Source: Mobula hypostoma
Taxonomy: Eukaryota
Direction: 5' to 3'
Assembly (NCBI RefSeq): GCF_963921235.1
Contig: NC_086108.1
Span: forward strand, 5,270,001-5,334,000
DNA: 64,000 nucleotides
Shown: positions 1 through 11,370 of the stretch, piece by piece
How positions within the stretch are numbered: position 1 is the first letter of the stretch
Layout of the letters: each line of letters opens with the position of its first letter
Translations under genes and position numbers: made by a program
The notes under the pieces: generated by a model
The model's input: only the letters and a program-made list of their open reading frames with translations
Database searches by the model: none
What the model was told of the DNA's origin: nothing

Positions 1-385
1 GCCTGTTCCTGCTCAGTGCTCTCTGCAATCCACAGACTGAATTGCTCCTGGACTGGTAGCTGTGCCTTCAGTTGCTAGGATCGGGGTTGCAGAATTCCCT
101 CCTTGATCACCCCCTCGCCATTCGTTACATCCATTCTCACTGAGCTCTCGGCTGTTCCGCTGACACCTCGTGCATGTCCGAGTGGATCCCTCTTGGGTAA
201 TAGCTGCTGCTGGACATGGGAACTCCTTTCTACATCCCTCCCCCTCCACCCTCCTACCTCTCTCTGGCCAAGCACCCCTCTTTATTTCTGGAGCCCACCA
301 ACCCCAGGTTACAGGGAAGTCCCTGACTGCTGTCTGCCTAGACAGAGTCAGAATCAAAGGTTTATTTAATATCAGAGAATGTATA

Positions 386-1512
386 CAGTGGCATGCAAAA
401 GTTTGGGCACCCCGGTCAAAATTTCTGTTACTGTGAATAGCTAAGTGAATAGAAGATGAACTGATCTCCAAAAGTCATAAAGTTAAAGATGAAACATTCT
501 TTTCAACATTTTAAGCAAAACCCCCGTTTGACTGCAAGAGAACTTCAGGAAGATTTAGCAGACTCTGGAGTGGTGGTGCACTGTTCTACTGTGCAGCGAC
601 ACCTGCACAAATATGACCTTCATGGAAGAGTCATCAGAAGAAAACCTTTCCTGTGTCCCCACCACAAAATTCAGCGTCAGAAGTTTGCAAAGGAACATCT
701 AAACAACCTGATGCATTTTGGAAACAAGTCCTGTGGACTGATGAAGTTAAAATAGAACTTTTTGGCCGCAATGAGCAAAGATATGTTTGGAGAAAAAAGG
801 GTGCAGAATTTCATGAAAAGAACACCTCTCCAACTGTTAAGCATGGGGGTGGATCGATCATGCTTTGGGCTTGTGTTGCAGCCAATGGCACGGGGAACAT
901 TTCACTGGTAGAGGGAAGAATGAATTCAATTAAATACCAGCAAATTCTGGAAGCAAACATCACACCGTCTGTAAAAAAGCCAAAGATGAAAAGAGGATGG
1001 CTTCTACTACTGGATAATGATTCTAAACACACCTCAAAATCCACAATGGACTACCTCAAGAGGCGCAAGCTGAAGGTTTTGCCATGGCCTCACAGTCCCC
1101 TGACCTAAACATCATCGAGAATCTGTGGATAGACCTCAAAAGAGCAGTGCATGCAAGACCGCCCAAGAATCTCACAGAACTAGAAGCCTTTTGCAAGGAA
1201 TAATGGGCATAAATCTCCCAAACAAGAATTGAAAGACTCTACAGAAAGCATTTACAAGCCGTGATACTTGCCAAAGGGGGTGTTACTAGGTACTGACCAT
1301 GCAGGGTGCCCAAACTTTTGCTTCGGGCCCTTTTCCTTTCTTGTTATTTTGAAACTGTAAAAGAAATAAAAAAGTAATCTTGCTTAAAATATTAAAGAAA
1401 TGTATCATCTTTAACTGTATGCCTTTTGCAAATCAGGTCATCTTTTACTCGTTTAGCTATTCACAGTAACAGAGATTTTGACCAGGGGTGCCCAAACTTT
1501 TGCATGCCTCTG
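386..1512 (+). mobile_element. Tc1-family DNA transposon, internally deleted, IR/DR-type ends
   Basis: TA|CAGTGGCATGCAAAAGTTTGGGCACC...GGTGCCCAAACTTTTGCATGCCTCTG|TA; about 130 bp of inverted repeat is retained; inner direct repeat at about 1302-1322. Confidence 0.95.
518..1296 (+). pseudogene. Frameshifted Tc1 DDE transposase remnant lacking its N-terminus
   Basis: NPRLTARELQEDL..RRKPFL in one frame; FWKQVLWTDEVKIELFG..TVKHGGGSIMLWAC..DNDSKH..WP in a second; [11 protein letters not shown] after a further shift; stop codons present. Confidence 0.9.
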
Positions 1513-1519
1513 TACGTCC

Positions 1520-1995
1520 TGAAATTCGTACTCTTCACAGACATCCATGGAACAAGAAACCCCAAAGAATGAGTGGTAGAAACAACAGGTTTAATGTCAC
1601 TGTTGTAAAATGTGTTGTCTTGTAGCAGCAGTACATTGCAATACCTAATAATAAAAAATATTTATTACAATAAAAAATAAAAATTAAATTAAGTAGTACA
1701 AAAAGAAAGAAAAAGTAGTTCAATGTCCATTCAGAGATCGGATGGCAGAGTCCCTGAATCATTGCATGTGTGTCTTCAGGCTCCTGTACCTCCGTCCTGA
1801 TGGAGGCAATGAGAAGAGGGCATGACCTGGGCAGTGGGGTCCTCAACGATGCACACTGCCTTCTTCAAGCATGGTCTTTTGAAGATGCCAGGGAGGCTGT
1901 TGCCCATGGTGGAGTTGGCCGAGTTTCCCACTTGCTGCGGTTTTTCCCGATCCTGTGCCGTAGCCCCAGATGGTGAAGTGACTGGTTAGAATGTG
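1520..1995 (-). mobile_element. Rex1/Babar-type LINE 3' fragment
   Basis: Reverse complement of the 3' end seen at 18100-18560 (aatgtccattcag...tcaggctcctgtacctc). Confidence 0.7.
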
Positions 1996-2212
1996 CTCCA
2001 CTCAGTGTCACTGGGCAGCGTCTGCAGTGTCAGGAGAGTAAGGCATCTGTGTGCCAGGTGGCTGGGATCCAATCCTCCTGGTGACATGACTGACTACCAG
2101 CTCCACACCCCCTGGCTGTTCACAGGAGTATTTGAATTCTCAGTACTGGTCCCTCACAGCAAACTGCACCGTTTGCTTCAACAGCCAACGCAGTCCGAGG
2201 GTTATTTGTATA

Positions 2213-2279
2213 CAGAACTGTGCAAAAATCTCAGGCACATTTATATAGCTGGGGTGCCTAAGACTTTTGCACAGTACTG
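2213..2279. mobile_element. 67-bp palindromic Tc1/mariner-type mini-MITE (second copy at about 19889-19953)
   Basis: TA|CAGAACTGTGCAAAAATCTCAGGCAC...GTGCCTAAGACTTTTGCACAGTACTG|TA. Confidence 0.75.
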
Positions 2280-2849
2280 TAGTAATGTGATGTATTACAC
2301 TGTAATGCTGCCGCAAAAGAAAAGTAAATTTCGTGGCATCTGTGAGTGATACGTGATTCTGATCTGGGTCTCCATCGTGGACTGAGAGTGGGAAGGGGAC
2401 GGAGAGGGGGATTATGTTTGGGAAGGGAGAGGGGAGGGAGCAGGAAGCACCAGAGAGACATTCTATAATGATCAATAAACTAACCGTTTGGAATCAAATG
2501 ACCTTGCCTGGTGCCTCAGGGCTGGGTGTGTCTGTATCCGTTCCCCCCTCCCAGCCCCTGGTTACTCCTTCTCAGCCAGCTATCCCAACCCCCGCAGCGT
2601 TCCACCCTCGCCATTCCCATCATCCTTTGCTTGAGCAACAGCAGTGTCGTTGGTAACCGTGGGGGCGCCATTCTCAATCACAGGCTGTAGGACTTCGTCC
2701 AGCCTGTGACCCGTAGGTTTATAGAGAGGATCAGTGCATGTGAACCAACTACAATCTTTAGGCTGGGGTGGGGAGCGGTGGGGTAACATCCCACAATGGC
2801 ACAGGGAGCTGCGATATCTGTGGCGACCGCAAGGCTGTAGATTGAGGAT

Positions 2850-3046
2850 TGGAGTTTTCCTTCTCCTAGAAAGACTGTCCAACAGGGCAAACAAGTTCGC
2901 ATCTACCCAGGTTTGGAACCTGAGTTGTCCTTCTCCTAGAAAGACTGTCCGAAAGGTCTAACGAGTCCCTTCTACCCAGGTTTGGAATCTGAGTTGTCCT
3001 TCTAGAAAGACTGCCTGACAGGGCTAACAGGACCCCACCTATCCAG
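2850..3046. repeat. About 70-bp tandem repeat (ACCCAGGTTTGGAAYCTGAGTTGTCCTTCTCCTAGAAAGACTG), continuing at 4139-4185 after the PLE insertion
   Basis: 3-4 visible units; resembles an RTE-LINE 5' UTR in reverse. Confidence 0.75.
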
Positions 3047-3142
3047 ACAACAGGAATTCTGCAGACGCTAGAAATTCAAGCAACACACATCAAAGTTGCT
3101 GGTGAACGCAGCAGGCCAGGCAGCATCTCTGGGAAGAGGTAC

Positions 3143-3178
3143 AGTCAACGTTTCAGGCCGAGACCCTTCGTCAGGACT
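3143..3178 (-). ncRNA. Minimal type I hammerhead ribozyme motif (PLE pseudo-LTR)
   Basis: Minus strand reads AGTC-CTGACGA-AGGGTCTCGGCCT-GAAA-CGTT-GACT. Confidence 0.75.
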
Positions 3179-4040
3179 AACTGAAGGAAGAGTGAGTAAG
3201 AGATTTGAAAGTGGGAGGGGGAGGGGGATCCAAAATGATAGGAGAAGACAGGAGGGGGAGGGATAGAGCCAAGAGCTGGACAGGTGATAGGCAAAAGGGA
3301 TATGAGAGGATCATGGGACAGGAGGTCCGGGAAGAAAGACAGCGGGGGGGGGGGGAACCCAGAGGATGGGCAAGGAGTATATTCAGAGGGACAGAGGGAG
3401 AAAAAGGAGAGTGAGAGAAAGAATGTGTGTATAAAAGTAAGTAACAGATGGGGTACGAGGGGGAGGTGGTGCCTTAGCGGAAGTTAGAGAAGTCGATGTT
3501 CATGCCATCAGGTTGGAGGCTACCCAGACGGAATATAAGGTGTTGTTCCTCCAACCTGAGTGTGGCTTCATCTCTACAGTAGAGGAGGCCGTGGATAGAC
3601 ATGTCAGAATGGGAATGGGATGTGGAATTAAAATGTGTGGCCACTGGGAGATCCTGCTTTCTCTGGTGGACAGAGCGTAGGTGTTCAGCAAAGCGGTCTC
3701 CCAGTCTGCGTCGGGTCTCGCCAATATATAAAAGGCCACATTGGGAGCACAGGACGCAGTATATCACCCCATCTGTTACTTACTTTTATACACACATTCT
3801 TTCTCTCACTCTCCTTTTTCTCCCTCTGTCCCTCTGAATATACCCCTTGCCCATCCTCTGGGTTCCCCCCCCCGCTGTCTTTCTTCCCGGACCTCCTGTC
3901 CCATGATCCTCTCATATCCCTTTTACCAATCACCTGTCCAGCTCTTGGCTCCATCCCTCCCCCTCCTGTCTTCTCCTATCATTTTGGATCTCCCCCTCCC
4001 CCTCCAACTTTCAAATCCCTTACTCACTCTTCCTTCAGTT

Positions 4041-4076
4041 AGTCCTGACGAAGGGTCTCAGCCTGAAACGTCGACT
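4041..4076 (+). ncRNA. Minimal type I hammerhead ribozyme motif (PLE pseudo-LTR)
   Basis: AGTC-CTGACGA-AGGGTCTCAGCCT-GAAA-CGTC-GACT: CUGANGA/GAAA core, stem I AGTC/GACT, predicted cleavage after GUC at 4072. Confidence 0.8.
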
Positions 4077-4329
4077 GCACCTCTTCCTAGAGATGCTGCC
4101 TGGCCTGCTGCGTTCACCAGCAACTTTGATGTGTGTTGCCCACCTATCCAGGTTTGGAATCAGAGTTGTCTTTCTCCTAGGCTGATGAGCCCAGCCTGCC
4201 CACCCAGTTACACCACTGGGCACTCAATCACGCCGTGACTTAGCAAACTCAGTAAGAACAGGGACGCCATGTGAAGGCGCTGCTGTGGGCACAGTAGTGT
4301 AGGAGAGGCCATATGCAAGTGATCTCCTG

Positions 4330-5345
4330 CGTGCAGAGTCCTGATACAGGTTGCTGAAGAGATAATGGATGCATTGGTCATGATTTTTCAAGAATCATTT
4401 GATTCTGACATGGTTCCGGAGGACTGGAAGATTGCAAATGTCACTCCACTCTTTAAGAAGGGAGGAAGGCAAAGAAAGGAAATTATAGGCCAGTTAGCCT
4501 AACCTCACTGGCTGGGAAAGTGTTGGGAGTCTATTATTAAGGATGAGGTGTCAGGGTACTTGGAGATTAATGATAAACCAAGTCAAATTCAGTATGGTTT
4601 CTGTTAAGGGAAATCTTGCCTGACATCTGTTAATCGAGTTCTTCGAGGAACTAACCAGCAAGGTGGACAAAGGAGTGGCAGTGGATGTCATTTACTTGGA
4701 TTTTCAGAAGGTATTTGATAAGGTGCCACACAGGAGGCTGCTTAACAAGATAAAATCCTATGCCGTTACAGGAAAGATACCGGCATGTATAGAGGAATGG
4801 CTGACAGGCAGGAGGCAGTGAGTGGGAATAAAGGGGCCCTTTTCTGGTTGGATGTCAGTGACTAGTGGTGTTCCTCAGGGGTCAGTATTGGGACCGCTAC
4901 TTTTCACATTGTCAATGATTTGGACAATGGAATTGATGGCTTTGTGGCAAAGTTTGAAGATGATATGAAGATAGGTGGAGGGGTAGGTAGTGCTGAGGAA
5001 GCAGGACTTAGACAAGTTGGAAGAATGGGCAAGAAATGTGTCAGATGGAATACAGTGTTGGGAAATGTATGATAATGCATTTTGGTAAAAGGAACAATAG
5101 TGTGGACTATTATCTAAATAAGGAGAAGGTTCAAATGTCAAAACTGCAGAGGGACTTAGGAGACCTTGTTCGAGACTCCCAGAAGGCTAATTTGCAGGTT
5201 GAGTCTATGGTAAAGAAGGCAAATGTAATGTTGGCATTTATTTCCAGGGGAATAGAATATAAAAGCAGGGAGATAATGCTGAGCCTTTATAAGACACTAG
5301 TCAGGTCACACTGGATGGGCTGAATGGCCTCATTCTGCTCCTATA
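4330..5345 (+). mobile_element. CR1-clade LINE, decayed reverse-transcriptase fragment
   Basis: WKIANVTPLFKKG, NYRPVSLT, IYLDFQKVFDKVPH, SGVPQGSVLGPLLF and degenerate FADD (KFEDD) motifs across frameshifts. Confidence 0.9.
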
Positions 5346-5857
5346 TGTTACGTTTAGGGTTAGTAAGTTGTGGGCATGCTATGTTGGCATGAGAAGCCAA
5401 GTTTAATGGATTCTGTTTCTGCCTGTATTGTCTGTGAGGGGTTAATGAATAACCAAATGTCTTTGTTGATGGCTGTTTTTAGTTTCTGCCAAGGGTTTCA
5501 ACTGCAAAATGGTGCAATTGCTTTGAATGTTGATTGTCTTTATCACATCCACCAACTTGGCGTTGGAAGCATGGCAACAGTTATTTGCTGCCCCCAGCGC
5601 ACCCTCGGACTGTTATCGCAAACGACACATTTCACAGTACCTTTTTAATACACATATGACAAGTAAAGCTGATCCTTATCTTGTTCCTCTGACAGGAATA
5701 ATCGGTCACTTTTGATGTCGGGGCTAATTGCTGCCACAAAAACACGGCCAAGGTGCCATAGCTTCCTGGTTGGTTCCCGCTATGGGCAGGAGTCAGTAGA
5801 AACTGACCGCAAATATTGGCAAGATCACCCTTTACTAGGCACTGTCCAGTTACGTGT

Positions 5858-5860
<3 letters not shown>

Positions 5861-5917
<57 letters not shown>

Positions 5918-6322
5918 CTTTCTCGCGCTCTCTCTTGCACTCTCTCACTCTTTCTCTCTCTGGCATGCTCTCTCGCGCCCTCTCTCTTTGTCGCCCTCTC
6001 TCCCTGTCATGTGATCTCTCTGTAGTACTTTCCTTCTCTGTTGCACCCTCTCTCTCTGTCGCACTCTTCACTACTGCTCTCTCTCTCCTTCCTCTCTGCC
6101 ACTTCCTCTGTCCCTTAGCCGCGCTCTCTCTCTCTCTGCTGCTCTCTCTCTCTCCCTCTGTCACGCTCTCTCTCTGCCGCGCGCTGTCTCTCTACTTCAC
6201 TCTGTCCCTCTGCCGCGCTGTCTCTCTCTCTCTCTCTCCGCTGTGCTTTCTGTGGCACACTCTATGTGCCTGTGTCGCGCTCTCTGCCTTGCTCGCTCTG
6301 TGTAGGTGTGTATCTCTCTCTG
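5861..6322. repeat. (TC)n microsatellite and degenerate pyrimidine-rich extension
   Basis: Pure (TC) run 5861-5914, then interrupted TC repeats; source of the ERERER/SLSLSL ORFs. Confidence 0.97.
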
Positions 6323-6957
6323 TCTATAAAATACTGTCAATCCCAGGTACATCAATACAATAAATGGCAGAACCAGTTCGAGGGGCCGAGTGGCCTTTTC
6401 CCTTGTTAACAAGGGAGATACATTTTAAATTTGGGAAACTCCTGGGGAGGAGCCCTTGGGTGGGATTTGGTGGATGCGGGCTTTTTGCCTGAAACAGAAC
6501 TGCTTGGGAGGTGACAGAGTTGGTCATTTCAGTGTGGATGTCTGTGGACCTGCCTTCTCTTCTGGGTTTTGGTCTATTTTCATACCTCCTGGAGTCAGAC
6601 CAGCTCACATGAATGAGGGATTTGATCCCCTGAAACAATTTGCATAGGGCACGAACATCTCTGCGCAGTGACAGATCTTCGCCAGACAAACATTGTGTTT
6701 GTTTAGCGCAGTGTGGGTTTTTTTTCTCTCTCCAAGAGCTTTCCTTTGTTGGGCTTTGCACGCTCTCAAACAAACATCGTTGGATCAGTCAAGCAGCTTA
6801 ACCCTTGCTATGCCGATACAAATCTCGTTGGTCTCCGTCCTGATACAGCGAGTGCCTCCTGGAAGTTGGACGCGCATGTGCCTGTGGTGGGGTGGGTTGG
6901 GGGAGATGCCACAGTGTATGGTAGTCCTTCATAGAGCAGGGAATTGAGATCCAGCCA

Positions 6958-7310
6958 GCACGGTAGCGTTGTGGTTAGCAGAACATTATTATGGTGCCAG
7001 CATCCCAGGTTTAATTCCTGCCGCTGTCTGTAAGGAGTTTGTACGATCTCCCCGTGACCGCGTGGGTTTCCTCCGGGTGCTCCCGTTTCCTCCCACAGTC
7101 CAAAGACGTACAGTTCAGTAGTCCTGAAGAATGATTTTGGCCTGAAACATCAACTCTTTATTCCTCTCCATGGATGCTGCCTGACCTGCTGAGTTTCTCC
7201 AGTGTTTTGTGTGTGTTGCCTCAGGTTAATTGATCATGTGGGTGTAATTGGGTGCAAGGGCTCGTTGGGCCTGAAGGACCTGTTACCGTGCTGTATCCGG
7301 AAATAAAGTA
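6958..7310 (+). mobile_element. tRNA-derived V-domain SINE, interrupted by a PLE 3' end (about 7119-7220); related copies near 12790, 13150(-), 14480(-), 17330(-), 37655, 45950, 46622
   Basis: Box A/B-like head (GGTAGCGTTGTGGTTAG..GGTTTAATTCC) followed by GGAGTTTGTACG.TCTCCCCGTGACCGCGTGGGTTTCCTCCGGGTGCTCC.GTTTCCTCCCACA.TCCAAAGACGT. Confidence 0.8.
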
Positions 7311-7519
7311 AGTAGAAATCTTGTGATGCAATTGTAGTCAGCAAAATTGGGAGTGAATGTGCTTAGCTGGTGAGACTGTGCGAGTCCGCTGGGGAAATCG
7401 AAGCCCGATGCCTGCATGTTTGAGTTGGCTGGAGGCCAAAGAACATGGCCTGACCTGGGTTAAAATGGCCCAAGTTGTATAGACTTTCATTGGTTCCGTT
7501 CTGGATTTATTGAGAACAC

Positions 7520-7920
7520 TTGCTTACTGTCCACTAAACCACGCGGGTTTGGGGCAGCGATGGTGGCCCTTCATCTCTGGTAGTGGTCAGGGCTTCCTGT
7601 CGGTTTTCACTCCTGTCAGTCATGCAAGTCCCGGGTGGAGACTCAGGGATACCGTCACACTCAGGTGTAGAAGGATTCTTCATTGATGTTTCCGTAACAG
7701 TTTTGTTTGACCTGTCAGGGTTGTTAGCCCTGAGCTGAACCCCCGAACCTGGAGAACCCGTGGACCACTCTTAGTCTGGCCTCTACCCTTTGACCTGTTT
7801 GGCATGGGTGACCCAACCAAGAACCAAAGCATAAAGCCCTGACTCCAGCCAACATAACTCCCCAAGTCACTGAGGCACGCAAGACTCCAAACCATACGAC
7901 AAGGCTGTGGTCCTCTTGGA
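7520..7920 (-). mobile_element. About 400-bp interspersed repeat, probably RTE-derived and non-autonomous; further copies 25920-26335, 36312-36490, 41570-41775
   Basis: Near-identical copies within the window (GGGTTGTTAGCCCTGAGCTGAACCCCCGAACCTGGAG...GGCACGCAAG); RTE assignment is by recalled similarity. Confidence 0.65.
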
Positions 7921-8835
7921 AGTTTTACTGAGTTTGCCTGCAAGAAGATGTACTTTGATAATGAATTTACTGAACTTTGAACTTTAAAGGACTGTCCTCA
8001 GCAGGGTGTGCTGGAGACAGTCAGGCCACGTGTGTCTGGAGTCACAAACTGGACCAGTAAGGGATAGAATCTTTACTGAACTAAATAGGTTTTCACAACC
8101 ACCTGCTAGTTTCCTGACACTAAATGGAATGGAGAAGTAAATTATGCAGCGAATGCGGGGAGCCTGCAGGGACATGTAGCTGGATTAAGTGAGTGGGCAA
8201 GGGTCTGGCAGATGGAGTACAAAGTTGGTAAATGTGAGGTCATCCACTTTGGAAGGAAATATCAGTCAATAGAAGGTGTCTTGATAGAGTCAAGATGAGA
8301 AGAGGCATAGTTCAAGTGGATAGCCAGAGACCCCCTCCCCCACCCCCAGGAAAGCGAGAGATAAGATCAAGGCAGGGAAGTTGTTTCCTTTGGTGTGTGA
8401 GACTGGAACTAGGGGACATCGTCGCAAGATTTGGGGAGGTTAGATGTGAGGATATGAAGCTTTTCCCCGAAGGTAGTGAGTTTGTGGATTTCTCTATAGA
8501 GGAAGCAGGAGTAGTAACTCATTGAGTACACTAAAGCCACAGTTCAATGTTTGCATAGCGTGGGCGTTAAAGGTAATTGGGCGAAAGGCAGGTAGGTGAA
8601 GCTGAGTCCATGGCCAGATTAGTCATGAATGGTGATACAGGCTCAGCTACAACCCACTGCAGTCTCTTGCAATCCTCTATATTGATTCTCCACACCAGGG
8701 GGTGATGCATCCATTCAGGACCACATCGGCATCATAGTGTGCTGAGTCGTATGACCGGGGCGATCGCGGTCTTCCTTCTGTCTTTGCCCGTGAGGAAGTC
8801 CCCCTTAACGCTGCAGTTCTTACTCTTTTCTCCAC

Positions 8836-9095
8836 CCATGGCCATGATTGTTCTTGGCAAATTTTTCTGCAGAAGTGGTTTGCCATTGCCTTCTTCTGGG
8901 CAGTGTCTTCACAAGTCGGGTGACCTCCAACCCATTATCAATATTCTTCAGAGAGCGTCTGCCTGGTGTCAGTGGTCACATAACCAGGACTTGTGACCAT
9001 CCACCACCTGCTCCCCGGCTTCACGTGACCCTGTTCGGTGAGGGGGGGCTAAGCAGGTGACCTGCAGGCTAGTGGAGGGAACCACATATCTGTAG
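8836..9095 (-). mobile_element. SINE-like repeat with RTE/BovB-type tail; copies 17657-18060(+), 20060-20345(+), 25380-25612(+), 43360-43735(-)
   Basis: Shared GGCAATGGCAAACCACTTCTG tail motif across copies; (GAT)n 3' end visible on the plus-strand copies. Confidence 0.7.
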
Positions 9096-9964
9096 AAAAT
9101 TGCACAAGTGTTTGCCGGCAAACCGAATCTCCCGATGAAGTGGGGCTGCTGCTGTACATCTCTGTGAATGTGTTGGACCCAGGGTAAAGTGGCAAGGGGC
9201 AAGATTCAGCGTGATCTCCCGTGCATGGAGAGAAAAGTGATGGGACAGATCTTATTGGATGTTTTTGCATCTGTATTTACTCACACGACAGACAACATTT
9301 TACTAAGTCCTTTGAATGTGTTAATGTTCTGCCTATCCACAGGTCTGTGTGTGGGCAGGTACGGTAACATCCAGAAGACATTTGAATAAGTATATAGATG
9401 GGAAGGGTTTTGAGGCTTAGAGAGCAAATGGGACTAGCTTGGCTAGCATGAACAAGTTGGACTGAATAACCTGTTTCCTTGCTGTGTGATTCTGACCCAA
9501 CGACTCTCTCCTGGAGGAATGTCACGAGCTTCACAATGAACAGCAGGGTCTTCGTGTCAGGCAAGGAAGTAATGAATGTCTGGTTCAACACAAGTCTGGA
9601 GCCCCTCTGCTAGATTAGAGTGGGGTCCCATGTTGACATTCCCCACCCCATCATTGTAATGTTACACACTCCCCCTCTCCGTCAGGTGAATGTAGGCATG
9701 GAGAAGGACGTTCAGCATGCTTGCAAGCTCTCTGCCTGATCTACTGCCTCAGCGACACACTCCAGCCCTGGCCCTATCCCTTAAATCCTTTAATCTCCAA
9801 AGGACTCCTGGTCTGTACAAGATGATAAGAAGACATAGATCCAGTGGACAGCCAGAGACCTTTTCCCGGGGTGCATGTGGCCAATACTAGGGGGCATCAT
9901 TTTAAGGTGTTTGGAGGAAAGTATTGGGGGGATGTCAGAGGTGTAGACTTTTGAGTAAGTTCAC

Positions 9965-10350
9965 TGGCTGCCCGCCCCACCTGTCCTTTCTGTGGCCGGG
10001 AGGAGTCAACGTATATGGAGTGTGGGAGGTTGTGGCCTCTACTTGAGTATCCGAAGGGGCTGGTTACACCCCATGCTCTTGATCTGTGGTCTCCAGGCAC
10101 GGAGGAGAGAGGGCCACCCAGGGGGTCTCCAGGTCGGCTTTCCCCTGGGCCGAGATAGCCAATCACATGTCCAAGTAGGGGCACCCAAGGGCTGTGTCCA
10201 AACCGATTGCCTCTCCCTCTTTTGGGGGTTCACCTGTGCCTGGGTGTCCCTGCAGAAGGAGCACATGTTCTTGATGGACATAATGGCAGGTTTCTGAGAA
10301 CAGTGGGCCCTTCAGGGTGTCCCCAAGCCCTTGGGGCCAACAGAGTACTT
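9965..10350 (+). mobile_element. L1/Tx1-clade LINE ORF2 C-terminal remnant
   Basis: TCPFCGREESTYMECGRLWPLLEYPKGL (degenerate zinc knuckle) ... DCLSLFWGFTCAWVSLQKEH. Confidence 0.6.
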
Positions 10351-10729
10351 CTGAATCGACATGCATTCAGAATTAGGTTCATTGTCACTGACATATGTCA
10401 AGAAATTTGATTTTTGCTGCTGCAGCACAGTGTAAGAAATAAAAAAATACTACAAGTCACAACTCATTTTCCAAAATTTCTTTTATTTTTAAGAACAGTC
10501 TCACTGTAAATTTTTTCATTTTTGTGATCTCAGTTGGTCTGTAGCACCAATTCATTGGAAATCAGCCACTTCTGACACCATTTTGTGTTCATTACTGAGG
10601 GAGAGTGCAGAGCTCACACCAGCACACCAGCATGTAGGATATGCAACTAAACTATATTGGCAACCCTACTGGTACAGTATGTGAACTCCTCCCATGTGGG
10701 CGTGGCTAGCTGAGTGGCATGGGAATAAC

Positions 10730-10907
10730 AAGTTCAAAGTAAATCAAACTACATATATGTCACCACGTACAACCCTGGAATTCATTCGCTTATGGGCATA
10801 CTCAATAAATCCATAGGATAACTGTAACAAATCAACAAAAGACCGCCCAAGTGGGGTGTTCAACCAGAATGCAGAGGACAACAAACTGTGCAAATATAAA
10901 AAGAAGG

Positions 10908-10940
<33 letters not shown>

Positions 10941-11370
10941 GCAGTAAATACCTAGAACAGGAGATGAAGAGTCTTTGAAAGTGAGTTCATAGATTGTGGG
11001 AAGATTTCAATGAAGGGACAAGAGAAGTTGAGTGAAGTTATCCCCTTTGGTTCAAGAGCCTGATGGTTGAGGAGTAGTAACTGTTCCTGAACCTGGTGGT
11101 GTGGGTCCTGAGGTTCTAGTATCACCTTCCTGATGGCAGCAGCGAGAAGAGAGCATGGCCTGGGTGGCGAGAGTCCCGGATGATGGATGCTGCTTTTCCT
11201 GTGACACCGTTTCATGTAGATGAATGTGCCTGTGATGGAGCTGGCTAAGTCTACAACCCTCTCCTCAGCTTTTTCCGATCCTCCATACCAGGTGACGAAA
11301 AGCCAGTCAGAGTGCTCTCCACAGTGCATTTGTAGAAAATTGCTAGGGTCTTTGTAGACATATCAAATCT
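10730..11370 (-). mobile_element. Rex1/Babar-type LINE 3' fragment with (AAT)n
   Basis: Reverse complement of the 56395-56810 copy (CCCCTTTGGTTCAAGAGCCTGATGG...CCTGAACCTGGTGGTG). Confidence 0.75.

Larger units (their letters stand above)
3047..4138. mobile_element. Penelope-like element, 5'-truncated fold-back insertion (minus-strand GIY-YIG end plus inverted pseudo-LTR copy)
   Basis: ORF 3474-3767(-) IYCVLCSQCGLLYIGETRRRLGDRFAEH..VATHFN (GIY-YIG); 3081-3452 is inverted relative to 3766-4138; 13-bp TSD CCCACCTATCCAG at 3034-3046 and 4139-4151. Confidence 0.93.

Noticed and set aside
5632..6412. ERERER / SLSLSL ORFs
   Set aside because: Translation of a (TC)n microsatellite.
6958..7030. tRNA gene
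   Set aside because: The box A/B-like head runs directly into a multi-copy SINE body; no intact cloverleaf.
7520..7920. HDV-like ribozyme in the RTE-like 5' end
   Set aside because: Known for some RTE elements, but I could not fold a convincing nested double pseudoknot by eye; it needs a covariance-model search.
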